Positions 38,327 through 48,414 of a stretch of 64,000 bases of DNA are shown in pieces. Source of the DNA: Deltaproteobacteria bacterium. GTDB taxonomy: Bacteria > Myxococcota > UBA727 > JABDBI01. The stretch's first letter is position 1. Each line of letters starts with the position of its first letter. Both the position numbers and the translations under genes were made by a program. The notes under the pieces were generated by a model. That model searched no databases, had not been told where the DNA came from, and worked only from the letters and a program-made list of their open reading frames with translations. The stretch is taken from the NCBI GenBank assembly GCA_016432245.1, contig CP066680.1, forward strand, positions 238,303-302,302. Direction: 5' to 3'.

Positions 38327-39436
38327 ATGACAATTAAATTTCAAATATTACATCAATCCTCTAAATCAAAAGCAAGATTAGGTCTATTACACACTAAACA
38401 TGGAATCATTGAGACACCTGCATTTATTCCTGTAGGCACCAATGGTTGCGTAAAATGCCTAGATCCTCTTCTTGTAAACTCAATGGATATCCCCCTCATG
38501 TTCTGCAACACTTTTCATCTTCTACTTCAACCAGGAGTAAATATAATTGAATCCCATGGTGGTATCCATAAATTCATAAACAGGCCACTTCCAATAATAA
38601 CTGATTCTGGTGGCTTTCAAATATTAAGCCTCTTATTAAATAAAAAAAAAATGCAAATCCGCACAAACGTATCAAATGAAATAAAAAAAAATCTCATTTT
38701 GGAAAATGGTGCGCTTTTTAAGTCCTATAAAACTGGAAAAAATATATTATTATCTCCTGAATCCTCGATTCAGGCTCAAAAAAAAATAGGTGCTGATATT
38801 ATTCTATGTTTTGATGAGCTAAACCCTTTTTATGTAACAAAGGACGATATTCTCCACTCGTTTGAAAGGACTCACCGCTGGGAAAAACGATCTCTAAATG
38901 AGCATTTGAAAAATCCTTTACACCAAGGATTATTTGCTATTATCCATGGTGGCTTAAATATTGATCTAAGAAAGAGAAGTTGTCTTTACTTAAGGCATTT
39001 AGCATTTGATGGTTTCTGCATTGGCGGAAACGTAGGAAACAATTACAATCAAACCGCTGATCTAATAAAAAATATTTGTGATATTCTTCCTAAAGATCGC
39101 CCTATACATCTTTTAGGAATAGGAGACATGCCATCAATTAAAGCATGTATACCGCTTGGAATAGATACATTCGATAGCTCATACCCTACAAAAGCTGCAA
39201 GACATGGCATCTTTTTTCAATTGAATGCTTCTCATATCGATTTAAGAAAATCTCTTAGAGCTAATCCTGAATATTGCAAATGTCATTCTTGCTCAAATTT
39301 CTCATTTGATTACGTCCATCACCTTTTCAAAGCAAAAGAAGTAACTGCTCTATCCTTAATCTCCTCACATAATCTTCACACCATGTCCTCCCTTATGAAA
39401 CATTACAAATCTCTAATCGCAAAAGATTTAATCTAG
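38327..39436 (+). CDS. tgt: queuine tRNA-ribosyltransferase (tRNA-guanine transglycosylase)
   Basis: RLGLLHTKHGIIETPAFIPVGT, ITDSGGFQI, and the zinc site CKCHSC...H. Confidence 0.9.
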   Translation: MTIKFQILHQSSKSKARLGLLHTKHGIIETPAFIPVGTNGCVKCLDPLLVNSMDIPLMFCNTFHLLLQPGVNIIESHGGIHKFINRPLPIITDSGGFQILSLLLNKKKMQIRTNVSNEIKKNLILENGALFKSYKTGKNILLSPESSIQAQKKIGADIILCFDELNPFYVTKDDILHSFERTHRWEKRSLNEHLKNPLHQGLFAIIHGGLNIDLRKRSCLYLRHLAFDGFCIGGNVGNNYNQTADLIKNICDILPKDRPIHLLGIGDMPSIKACIPLGIDTFDSSYPTKAARHGIFFQLNASHIDLRKSLRANPEYCKCHSCSNFSFDYVHHLFKAKEVTALSLISSHNLHTMSSLMKHYKSLIAKDLI

Positions 39437-39438
39437 CT

Positions 39439-39867
39439 ATGAGTACCACTCTCTCTTTTCTCAACCATATAATTCTTTTAAAAGCGTTATTTCACGTTTT
39501 ATATGACAACAATCAAGATGTTTATTGGAATATAATAATTTCTCTTTTTTTTATTTTCTCTTATTGGAAAGATTCCTTTTTCATTCCACTCATACCATCC
39601 ATATATCTCCTAAAATGGGACTTTGCTCCTTTGGAGATATTAAACATAATATATATTCTATGCATTATAAAATTATTTTTAAACTATTTTTACTATTCTT
39701 ATTATTCCAATTATGTTACTTTTTTTAGCTATTTAATAGTAATACTTTTTCTATTGTCAAAATTTATCATCCTATACACACTGATATTTCTCCAATTTTT
39801 TATTTTATTAACTTTACTTATGCCCAAAAGAGGATTTGAACCTCCACAAAGAAAATTTCTTTATTAA
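39439..39867 (+). CDS. hypothetical hydrophobic protein (3' end overlaps tRNA-Leu antisense)
   Basis: 142-aa ORF starting 2 nt after the tgt stop, F/I/L/Y-rich with several TM-like stretches. Its last 47 nt are the antisense of tRNA-Leu(CAG). Confidence 0.3.
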   Translation: MSTTLSFLNHIILLKALFHVLYDNNQDVYWNIIISLFFIFSYWKDSFFIPLIPSIYLLKWDFAPLEILNIIYILCIIKLFLNYFYYSYYSNYVTFFSYLIVILFLLSKFIILYTLIFLQFFILLTLLMPKRGFEPPQRKFLY

Positions 39868-39906
39868 GACCTGAACTTAACGCGTCTACCGTTCCGCCAC
39901 TTGGGC
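39821..39906 (-). tRNA. tRNA-Leu (anticodon CAG), class II
   Basis: gcccaag/tg/gcg-gaacggtaga-cgc/g/ttaag-ttCAGgt-cttaa/taaagaaattttctttgt/ggagg-ttcaaat-cctct/tttgggc/a. Confidence 0.85.
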
Positions 39907-39993
39907 ATTTCTAATACGTTTATTGCGTAAAGAAGACTATACTACTAAGATAAAAGAAATACTGCTTTTCTCCCTCAAAAGCAATAAGAATAT

Positions 39994-41016
39994 ATGTACA
40001 ATTTAAAAAAAACACTTAAGGCCGACATAGGAATAGACATTGGAGCTTCTAATACTTCAATTTTCTCTCAAAAGTTTGGACTTTTATTAAATGAATCCAG
40101 CTTTGTTGCGACAATCGAAAAAGGCAATTCTAATCAAGTCTTAGCCATTGGAAATAGCGCAAAGATTATGCTTGGAAAAAATCCGAAAAACATTAAAATA
40201 TTTCATCCTTTGAAATTTGGAGAAATTGCATCTTCAGAATCAGTAGAATTAATAATTTCTGCTTTTTTAAAAAAAGCTCATGACCTTTGCAACTTGCATC
40301 ACCAACATCTAATACTGGCGATTTCCCCTTCTTTTACCAAAACAGAGCAAGACACTTTATATGAAGCCGCCATCTCATCCGGTATGAAAAAGGTTTATCT
40401 CATCGAACAGCCTTTAGTAACCGCCCTTGGGTTTAATCTCCCAATTAAATCTGGTAAAGGATTTATGATAGTTGATATTGGAGGTGGAAAATCAACTATT
40501 TCTATAATCGCTTCTGAAAACATAATTCTTTCTCTGTCCCTGAAAATTGGTGGAAATTTCTTAGATAAAAAAATTATTGAATATATCCGAAAAAAGCATA
40601 ATGCTCTAATCGGAGATAATTCAGCTGAATTGCTTAAAATTAAACTAGCATCTGCTATTCCCTTAAATCAAGAAAAAAAAATTGAATTAAAATGCTTTGA
40701 CTTAATATCGGGAATTCCTAGATCTATTATTGTCACCAGTATAGAAATTCGCGACATAATATTACCATATCTGCAGACTATATCTTTCAAAATCAAACAC
40801 TTACTTGAACAAGCACCTCCTGACGTTATTGCAGATATTATGTCCAGAGGAATTTTTACATGTGGAGGGTGCACTTTAATTCAAGGATTCAGTAAATTAA
40901 TTTCAATCAATTGCGGAGTTCCTACAATCTCTTCAAATAAACCTTTACAAGTAAATTCCTATGGACTCTCAAACCTTCTACAAAATCTACCTGAATATAC
41001 CTCCTTATTATTTTAA
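39994..41016 (+). CDS. mreB: actin-like rod-shape protein MreB (divergent)
   Basis: DIGIDIGASNTSIF (phosphate 1), MIVDIGGGKSTISIIA (phosphate 2), GIFTCGGCTLIQGF (adenosine motif). Confidence 0.8.
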   Translation: MYNLKKTLKADIGIDIGASNTSIFSQKFGLLLNESSFVATIEKGNSNQVLAIGNSAKIMLGKNPKNIKIFHPLKFGEIASSESVELIISAFLKKAHDLCNLHHQHLILAISPSFTKTEQDTLYEAAISSGMKKVYLIEQPLVTALGFNLPIKSGKGFMIVDIGGGKSTISIIASENIILSLSLKIGGNFLDKKIIEYIRKKHNALIGDNSAELLKIKLASAIPLNQEKKIELKCFDLISGIPRSIIVTSIEIRDIILPYLQTISFKIKHLLEQAPPDVIADIMSRGIFTCGGCTLIQGFSKLISINCGVPTISSNKPLQVNSYGLSNLLQNLPEYTSLLF

Positions 41017-41018
41017 TT

Positions 41019-41603
41019 TCAGATTATGCGATTTAACGCAATTAAATAAATCTCTGCACTTTCCCTTCTAGTACTTTTTAGTCTTAATTGTCGCACAGTC
41101 TGAAAATATAATCGGCAAAAACATAAAAGTTGTCTAGTTTTTGCACTTTCAAACATTTTCATACAAAGATTTCCTCCTATTTTTAAATTTTTTAAGCCAA
41201 TAGAAATAACTTCTCTATTTAAACAAAAGTTATTGTATAAATCTGCACAACTTATTCCCGTTAATTTTGAAGATATGTCACTCAAAATTAGATCAAATAA
41301 TCCCTTATTACTAATTTCCTGTCCAACTTCAAAAATATTACCATGAATAAAATCAATGCTTGTACTAAAACGAGACTTATCAATAGCCTTAAGGTCTACC
41401 CCAACGATGTTTCCAGAATTTCCTAATTTTTTACTAACATATTGCAGCCAACCACCTGGAGAACATCCTAAATCAAGTAAATTAAGATTTGGCTTTATCA
41501 ATTGAAATTGCTTATCAATTTCCTGAATCTTAAATATAGAGCGTGCTAAAAAATTATGTTTTTTTGCGGCATTGTAATAAAAATCTTTTCGTAAATACCC
41601 CAT
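41019..41603 (-). CDS. rlmE: 23S rRNA (uridine2552-2'-O)-methyltransferase RlmE/FtsJ
   Basis: ARSIFKIQEIDKQFQLIKP...LLDLGCSPGGWLQYV ... ILSDIS ... CMKMFES. Confidence 0.85.
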   Translation of the reverse strand: MGYLRKDFYYNAAKKHNFLARSIFKIQEIDKQFQLIKPNLNLLDLGCSPGGWLQYVSKKLGNSGNIVGVDLKAIDKSRFSTSIDFIHGNIFEVGQEISNKGLFDLILSDISSKLTGISCADLYNNFCLNREVISIGLKNLKIGGNLCMKMFESAKTRQLLCFCRLYFQTVRQLRLKSTRRESAEIYLIALNRII

Positions 41604-41659
41604 ATAAATTGACTAGACATATAAATAAAAGTAATTTTTATTTTAAGCAATAACAAGAT

Positions 41660-44167
41660 ATGAAAAACAATAAAATTAATACAAACAATCTAACTCCAGT
41701 GCAAAAACAATGGATTGCTGCTAAAAAAAAAGCAAAAGACGCTATCGTTTTATTTCGACTAGGTGATTTTTATGAATTATTTTCAGACGACGCTCAGAAA
41801 GTCGCTCCCTTATTAGAATTAACAATAACCTCTAGAGATGGACAAACTCCTATGGCTGGTTTTCCGTATCATGCCGCAAACAATTATATTTTTAAATTGC
41901 TGAAAAACGGTTTTAAGATTGCTCTTTGTGAACAATTAGAATCACCGCATCTTAATTATAAAGGAATTATAAAACGAGACATTACTCGCATCATCACCCC
42001 TGGCACTAATACAGAAGACGAATCATTTTTTCCACATAAAAACAATTACCTTGTTGCTTTAAGTAAAATGCAAGAACATTTCCATATAGCGGCAATCGAT
42101 ATTTCCACTGGATCTTTTTTAGAAACAACAACCAGTTTGCTTCACGATATTTTTAATGAAACAATTAAATTTGATCCTTTAGAAATCTTGATATGCCAAG
42201 AATTTTATTCATTAAATTTCATAAAAGATCTAGAAAATGCTACAAATAAAACACATACTTGTCGTTTTGAGATTTTTGAAAACAATACTCAATCCGCTAC
42301 TGAATTAATTCTTTTCTACATAAAAGAAACTCAAAAAGACTATTGTAAATCAATCCCTCTGCCTGTAAAATATGCTATAAATAATTCATTACTAATTGAC
42401 ATAACTTCTCGTGATAATTTAGACCTCACAAACCTGTGTAAAATTTTTCAAAAAACAAGTACCTCTATGGGAAGTAGGCTTATTCAACGCCTTCTAAATT
42501 CACCCTCAAAAAACATAGAAGAAATTGAAACACGTTTTAAGTATATTGAATGGTTTATAGACAATGATAATACTCATAAGTCTCTTCAACAAATGCTAAA
42601 ACAAATATATGACCTTGAAAAACTTGCTATAAAGATAGCCTCTCTTTCAATTTCCCCAAAAGATCTAGGTAATTTAAGACATTCATTAGCATTACTTCCT
42701 CACATACTAAATCTATTATTGCCTTCTCCTTTCTTAGTCAAATCACTTAAAGACTTTGATCTAGCGCCTCTCGAAACATTACTTAAAAATTCATTAATAG
42801 AAAAGCCACCGTTAACGAGTAAAGAAGGTAATATTTTTAAAGCTGGATTTGATTCCCAATTAGATGAACTGATTAATTCCGCTATGGAAAACCGCAACAA
42901 AATAGCCTCTATAGAACAACGAGAACGCCTATGCACTAAAATATCTTCATTAAAAGTAAAATATTCACGCACTGTTGGATATTTCATCGAAATAACACAA
43001 ACTCACATGAATAAGGTTCCCGCTCACTACAAACGCAAACAAACAATTACTTCAGGAGAACGATTTACAACTAAAGAACTAATAGACTTGGAATCTAAAG
43101 TAATACTTTCCGAATCTCAACAAGTAGCCAGAGAACAAGAGTTGTTTAAATCTATACAAGAGACGTTAATTTCTTTCATCCCTCGCATCTCAAAAATAGC
43201 TATTTTACTGTCAAAAGTAGACGCATTTTCTACTTTTGCAGAAGTTTCTATTTCGAATAGATACATAAAACCAACATTGCTTCCTGCCAATCAACGTTTC
43301 TTTGAAATTATAGAAGGAAGGCACCCTATAATTGAATGTCGCCTAGAAAAGAATGGTCATGACTTTGTTCCAAATAACACTTATTTTAATGTAAACAACA
43401 AAACGATTTTACTTCTAACTGGTCCGAATATGGCTGGAAAAAGCACTTACTTAAGACAAGTGGCCTTAATTCAAATCCTTGCTCAAGCTGGCGTATTTGT
43501 ACCTGCAACAAAAGCCACATTAAGCATATGTGATAAAATTTTTACAAGAGTTGGGGCCTCCGACAATCCATTATCGGGAAAATCTACATTTATGGTTGAA
43601 ATGCAAGAAACATCTCATATTCTACAAAATGCAACAAAACATTCCCTACTGTTATTAGATGAAATAGGGCGAGGAACCAGTACCTATGATGGAATCTCCA
43701 TCGCATGGGCTGTAATTGAGTACATTCTTAAATCAATTGGTGCATTTACTCTATTCGCTACACATTATCACGAATTAACAAAACTTTGTGATAAGCACGA
43801 TAAGATTCACTCTTTACAAACTGCTATTTCGGAATCCCAAACTCAGGATGAAATTCATTTTTTATATACAATAATAGAAGGTGCTGCCAAGAAAAGTTAT
43901 GGAATACACATTGCTGAACTAGCTGGAATTCCAAGCTCTGTTATAAATCATGCAAAACAAATCTTATTAAATTTAGAACAAAACACTAATATACAAAACT
44001 CAAAAGAAACAAATAATAAATTCATAAACATTTCTCAAAGTATCTCTAATATCTTATCTGAAATTATTAAAGTAAATCTAAATAACACTACTCCATTAGA
44101 AGCTCTTCTATTTCTATCTAAAATCAAAGAAAGTATAAAATATCAAGATATTTACCCATTAACATGA
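41660..44167 (+). CDS. mutS: DNA mismatch repair protein MutS
   Basis: TPVQKQW...LFRLGDFYELFSDDA (mismatch-binding Phe), Walker A LLTGPNMAGKSTYLRQ, LLDEIGRGTSTYDG, and FATHYHEL. Confidence 0.95.
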   Translation: MKNNKINTNNLTPVQKQWIAAKKKAKDAIVLFRLGDFYELFSDDAQKVAPLLELTITSRDGQTPMAGFPYHAANNYIFKLLKNGFKIALCEQLESPHLNYKGIIKRDITRIITPGTNTEDESFFPHKNNYLVALSKMQEHFHIAAIDISTGSFLETTTSLLHDIFNETIKFDPLEILICQEFYSLNFIKDLENATNKTHTCRFEIFENNTQSATELILFYIKETQKDYCKSIPLPVKYAINNSLLIDITSRDNLDLTNLCKIFQKTSTSMGSRLIQRLLNSPSKNIEEIETRFKYIEWFIDNDNTHKSLQQMLKQIYDLEKLAIKIASLSISPKDLGNLRHSLALLPHILNLLLPSPFLVKSLKDFDLAPLETLLKNSLIEKPPLTSKEGNIFKAGFDSQLDELINSAMENRNKIASIEQRERLCTKISSLKVKYSRTVGYFIEITQTHMNKVPAHYKRKQTITSGERFTTKELIDLESKVILSESQQVAREQELFKSIQETLISFIPRISKIAILLSKVDAFSTFAEVSISNRYIKPTLLPANQRFFEIIEGRHPIIECRLEKNGHDFVPNNTYFNVNNKTILLLTGPNMAGKSTYLRQVALIQILAQAGVFVPATKATLSICDKIFTRVGASDNPLSGKSTFMVEMQETSHILQNATKHSLLLLDEIGRGTSTYDGISIAWAVIEYILKSIGAFTLFATHYHELTKLCDKHDKIHSLQTAISESQTQDEIHFLYTIIEGAAKKSYGIHIAELAGIPSSVINHAKQILLNLEQNTNIQNSKETNNKFINISQSISNILSEIIKVNLNNTTPLEALLFLSKIKESIKYQDIYPLT

Positions 44168-44213
44168 TTGACTTTTTTTATATAAAATATTAACATAAAT
44201 AAAGTTAAATAAC

Positions 44214-44453
44214 ATGATAACTATTAGATTAGCCAGGCATGGCGCAAAGAAAAAGCCTTTTTATTGGATTGTCGTTGCCGATTCAAGAATGAAAAGAGAT
44301 GGTCGATTTATTGAAAAAATTGGATTTTACCAACCTAAACAAGAAAAACGCCCTTTAATGATCAACTTAAACCTTGAACGAGTAAAATATTGGAAAACAA
44401 TTGGAGCCCAATGCTCTTTAAGAGCATATAATTTAATAAAAAAGTATAAATAA
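44214..44453 (+). CDS. rpsP: 30S ribosomal protein S16
   Basis: [41 protein letters not shown]. Confidence 0.9.
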   Translation: MITIRLARHGAKKKPFYWIVVADSRMKRDGRFIEKIGFYQPKQEKRPLMINLNLERVKYWKTIGAQCSLRAYNLIKKYK

Positions 44454-44461
44454 TCATTTAC

Positions 44462-44950
44462 ATGATTTTCTCGCTCCTTAATCGCCATTGTCTTTCCTAT
44501 ATTGGACAAATACTAAAACCATATGGCACAAAAGGTGGTTTTTTTATTTTAAGTAATATTTCTTTTAATCAATTGCCTCTCAATAAAACTATGATCATTC
44601 TCCCTCAAAATTTAGCCTTAAACATAAAAAAAGCAATTTTTCCTAATCTCATCTATTTTAAAGAAATAGATTCTCGTTCCAAGATTGCACATTTCATTTC
44701 TTCATATTTATTTATCCAAGAGCCAATTCAAACATTGCCTATTTCTAAATTTAGAAATCTTATAGGAATGAAAGTTGTTACAATCAACAACCACGTATTA
44801 GGATTTATCTCCTCTATTATTGAAAGAAAGATGCAATGTTTAATAGAACTTAATGATAGTAATTTAATCCCTTTTACATATCAATTTATTTCTCTTTCGG
44901 GATTAAAAAAAAATAAAATTATAACTTGCTTCCCCATAAGTTCAATATGA
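44462..44950 (+). CDS. rimM: 16S rRNA processing protein RimM
   Basis: YIGQILKPYGTKGGFFI (the RimM vG.i.kphGikGe pattern) and position between rpsP and trmD. Confidence 0.7.
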   Translation: MIFSLLNRHCLSYIGQILKPYGTKGGFFILSNISFNQLPLNKTMIILPQNLALNIKKAIFPNLIYFKEIDSRSKIAHFISSYLFIQEPIQTLPISKFRNLIGMKVVTINNHVLGFISSIIERKMQCLIELNDSNLIPFTYQFISLSGLKKNKIITCFPISSI

Positions 44951-45612
44951 TTAATGTTTCAATAATTTCAGCATCTCATAAAATAATACATGTCTTTTTA
45001 AAAAATTTTATCATAAAAAAAGCAATAAAAAATAATTTGCTCAACTTCTCTGAAATTCAATTAAAGCACTTTTCTCAAACAAAATATAACAAAATCGACA
45101 ATAAGCCAATTGGAGGAAAACATGGGCCAATACTTAAAATTGAAAACCTAGTTTCTGCAATACGATCATTATCTAATTCCAATCTACTTACAAGAAAAAT
45201 TATATTAGATCCTTGTGGCTCTTTATTCACTCAATCAGACGCTCTGAGATTATCTTGTTACGAACATTTAATTTTCATATGTGGTCGCTATGAAGGGTTT
45301 GATTCCCGAATTTACCATTACATTGATGAATCTATATCGATTGGTCCTTTTACTTTATCGAATGGTGAATTTGCTGCCATCACAATACTAGATTGTATTA
45401 CAAGATTAATTCCAAATACCCTCTCTAATTATAACTCTATTCTTCATGAAAGTTTTCAAATGAACAAATTCATTGAACATGACCAATATACTTTACCTCA
45501 AACTTTTGAAAATTTTCATGTTCCTGAAATACTTTTCAGTGGAAACCATAAGAAGATTAAAGAATTCAAATCTAAAAACTCTCTTTGTAAATCTACAATT
45601 TACAAAATTTAG
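44947..45612 (+). CDS. trmD: tRNA (guanine37-N1)-methyltransferase TrmD
   Basis: IDNKPIGGKHGPILKIENL and LIFICGRYEGFDSRI...SIGPFTLSNGEFAAI. Start set at the ATG of an ATGA overlap with the rimM stop. Confidence 0.85.
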   Translation: MINVSIISASHKIIHVFLKNFIIKKAIKNNLLNFSEIQLKHFSQTKYNKIDNKPIGGKHGPILKIENLVSAIRSLSNSNLLTRKIILDPCGSLFTQSDALRLSCYEHLIFICGRYEGFDSRIYHYIDESISIGPFTLSNGEFAAITILDCITRLIPNTLSNYNSILHESFQMNKFIEHDQYTLPQTFENFHVPEILFSGNHKKIKEFKSKNSLCKSTIYKI

Positions 45613-46252
45613 ATTCTAATAAATATAACCATTTTTGAAAATAAAAATCAAAATCCGCATATACGTACCTTATACGCTTATCAATATCAAAAAAGATAAG
45701 ACTATTTGCATGTAAAAAAAAGGTATCTTTTCCAAAATTAATTTTCGCCCCATATAATTTATCCCCAACAATCGGATGTCCTATTGCGCTTAAATGTATT
45801 CTAATTTGGTGCATCCGGCCTGTATCTATTTCACACTTAACCAAAGAAAATCCGTTAAATTCTCTCAATACTTGTACCTTTGTTGTTGCAGTCTTTCCAC
45901 ATGTATCTACTATTTGATATCTTTTTTGCTCATCTTGCTTTAATCGATATAAAATCCGAAATGATAATACCTGAAATGTACCTTCGACAATTGCTAAATA
46001 TATTTTTCTAATTATCCGCTGTCTAAAAATGTTTGAAAAAAATCGTGTGCCTTTATCTGTCTTAGCAAATAAACAGCAACCTACTGTGCCTTTATCTAAT
46101 CTATGAATCGGTTTTATCTTTCTGCCCAATCGAATCCTAATTAAGCTCAATAATGAAGGCTTATCATTTTGTCCAGTTGATAAAATTGTAATACATGACG
46201 GTTTTTTTACAACAACATAATGGATCCCTTCTTCTAAAAATGCTATTTTCAT
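45593..46252 (-). CDS. pseudouridine synthase, RluA family (no S4 domain)
   Basis: Catalytic motif KPIHRLDKGTVGCCLFAKT and GRMHQIRIHLSAIGHPIVGDKLYG. Confidence 0.85.
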   Translation of the reverse strand: MKIAFLEEGIHYVVVKKPSCITILSTGQNDKPSLLSLIRIRLGRKIKPIHRLDKGTVGCCLFAKTDKGTRFFSNIFRQRIIRKIYLAIVEGTFQVLSFRILYRLKQDEQKRYQIVDTCGKTATTKVQVLREFNGFSLVKCEIDTGRMHQIRIHLSAIGHPIVGDKLYGAKINFGKDTFFLHANSLIFFDIDKRIRYVYADFDFYFQKWLYLLESKFCKL

Positions 46253-46316
46253 AAATACAAATTAATACAAACGATATACCAAGCATGACAAATTAACAAG
46301 TTTCAATAAAGGCTTT

Positions 46317-47891
46317 ATGAATATTCACTTTAACTCAATGAAAATATATAGAAAATTTTTTCATAAATTAATAAGTGCTTCTTTATTTCAATATTTAAAT
46401 AAAATCTCAACAATTCAACAATTTGATGAATGTAAAATTTTTTCAAAGCAATGTATTCAAACAAATCAAATATATATAAATAATAAAACAATTATTCGAG
46501 ATTATGAATGCCTTTACATCTATAAATTTTTATTATTTAATAATGATAAAATAAATTTTTATTTTTCAATTGAAAATAGCAATATTAATGCAAATAATTC
46601 TACTTTTAAAATAATTGATAAAATTGAAAAGTTATATATACCTTTGCATTTAAAAATAAAAATCGTATCTTTTACCTCAAAATCTTTAATATCAATTCCA
46701 AGTTCTTCTCTCTTTAATGAAGCAACAATTACTTATTTAATTAAAACTTGTAGGCCAATTTTACTTATTGCCTATTATGTCAATACCCAAGTGAAATCAC
46801 TTTATAACTCATTCAAATTTTTAAATTTACATATTCCAATACATTTAATAAAAAAAACACACTATTCAAAAAAACAAAATACTGTTTTATATGAGCAACC
46901 TATAGCTGCTCCTTATTTATCTTCTAAAAATAACGTTTTAAACATTTTGCTACTCAATACGTCATATAGAAAAAGTAGAGCACTCCTAAGTTTTCATTCA
47001 AATTGTAATGATCGAAATATACTCTTAAATTTATACTTGCTTCAATCTAGTACAAAAACATTCTTATTCTTTAATCAATCTGCAGCTATTAATTCTACAA
47101 TATTTCTGTATTTATTAAAAATACCATGGATTAACAAATTAAAGTCCAATTTCGCCCAAATTCACTTAAATCGTCCAAAAGATTCTTTGAATAACGAATT
47201 CTTAAATAAAAATTCGGAATTTTGTCATTTCTATTTCAATAATAAAATTCCATTTACTCCTACAAAAATTCAAATACTTTTATCTGAAAACTTTACCTCA
47301 AAATATCTTCTGCAATCTATTTTCAAAACGTGTAATAAAAAAAAATTTTATAATATTATACCCTCTCTTATTATAAAGTGCTATATAGCATATGCGCAAA
47401 ATATTTCCTTTTACTTTTTTAAATTTTATTTTCTATATAGCTTAAAAATTACTAACAACAACATGTTACACTTAAAACAAGCCATAGCTAATATAAATAC
47501 TCAATTTGAAAGAAACATGGTTCAAAAAAATTATTTATACACTTCAGACATTAATAATAAAACAACAATTCTACAGTGTAAAAGTTTAACTAATATAGTT
47601 TATATCTCATATTATACAATAAGAGTAAGCTCATTTAGTAATTGCCTCCTTATTTTTATTGAAAAAAAGAATCCATTTCAAAATCCTTTAAAGTATTTTA
47701 CATTTTCTTTATTAAATTTATTATTAAAAGAAACATGTTTTTTAATTTATTTCCCACTTTATAAATATATATTAACGAACTGGTCTTTTTATGTCTCTCC
47801 GAAAAAAAATATTACAAAATTACATATGAAACAATTAAACCCTACTCTCTCTCTAGAAAATTGGATTCAGAACATTTCTTCTATGCTTTAA
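46317..47891 (+). CDS. hypothetical protein (524 aa, glycine-free, N/K/I/L/F/S/Y-rich orphan)
   Basis: Uninterrupted 1575-nt ORF in stop-rich AT DNA, with no competing ORF of 60 aa or more on any frame. I recognise no motif. It has 0 Gly and about 20 Asp+Glu. Confidence 0.5.
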   Translation: MNIHFNSMKIYRKFFHKLISASLFQYLNKISTIQQFDECKIFSKQCIQTNQIYINNKTIIRDYECLYIYKFLLFNNDKINFYFSIENSNINANNSTFKIIDKIEKLYIPLHLKIKIVSFTSKSLISIPSSSLFNEATITYLIKTCRPILLIAYYVNTQVKSLYNSFKFLNLHIPIHLIKKTHYSKKQNTVLYEQPIAAPYLSSKNNVLNILLLNTSYRKSRALLSFHSNCNDRNILLNLYLLQSSTKTFLFFNQSAAINSTIFLYLLKIPWINKLKSNFAQIHLNRPKDSLNNEFLNKNSEFCHFYFNNKIPFTPTKIQILLSENFTSKYLLQSIFKTCNKKKFYNIIPSLIIKCYIAYAQNISFYFFKFYFLYSLKITNNNMLHLKQAIANINTQFERNMVQKNYLYTSDINNKTTILQCKSLTNIVYISYYTIRVSSFSNCLLIFIEKKNPFQNPLKYFTFSLLNLLLKETCFLIYFPLYKYILTNWSFYVSPKKNITKLHMKQLNPTLSLENWIQNISSML

Positions 47892-47960
47892 TATTTATAA
47901 TGTTTTTTTTATCCACCTAATACTCTTTTTCCAAATATTGCACCCTAATATTTTTACATT

Positions 47961-48362
47961 TTAAATTTCTTCATTTACCCTAATATCTTGTTCATATTGC
48001 ATAAGAATTGTCTTAAAAGCACTTTGCAAATCATCATCTAGGGCGTATATTTCTTCAATATTTCTTGATAAATTTAAGACTTTAGCAATCTGTTTTTCTA
48101 AAGTATCCTCCATTGATGTCCTTATTTTAACAACATTTTGATTTTCCTCATCTATTCTTTGATACTTATAATCTTCAAAAAAATTAGATTTTTTTACAAA
48201 TGTATCATCGCCTATTAAGCTGATACGATCTAATAAAATAGAAACTATTTCTATTTCCGCTTCCAATCTTTTAGAAATATCAATTTCTAACATACCCGAA
48301 TCAAGCAATAAATCAAAATACTTTCTTACAATTTCTGAAACATTCTTCTTATATATCCTCAT
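47961..48362 (-). CDS. hypothetical acidic helical protein (133 aa)
   Basis: ORF with ordinary minus-strand composition (E/D/I/L/K-rich). No motif recognised. Confidence 0.45.
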   Translation of the reverse strand: MRIYKKNVSEIVRKYFDLLLDSGMLEIDISKRLEAEIEIVSILLDRISLIGDDTFVKKSNFFEDYKYQRIDEENQNVVKIRTSMEDTLEKQIAKVLNLSRNIEEIYALDDDLQSAFKTILMQYEQDIRVNEEI

Positions 48363-48414
48363 AAATCACCTTTCATTGTTCAATAGTGTAAACTTCATAT
48401 TTAAAAGCTTAAGA

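Noticed and set aside
46317-46520. S4-like RNA-binding domain at the N-terminus of the 524-aa orphan (next to an RluA-type synthase that lacks S4)
   Set aside because: There is only a vague resemblance (IYINNKTIIRDYECL versus the S4 V.vNg..v....y.l pattern). It is insufficient without a profile search.
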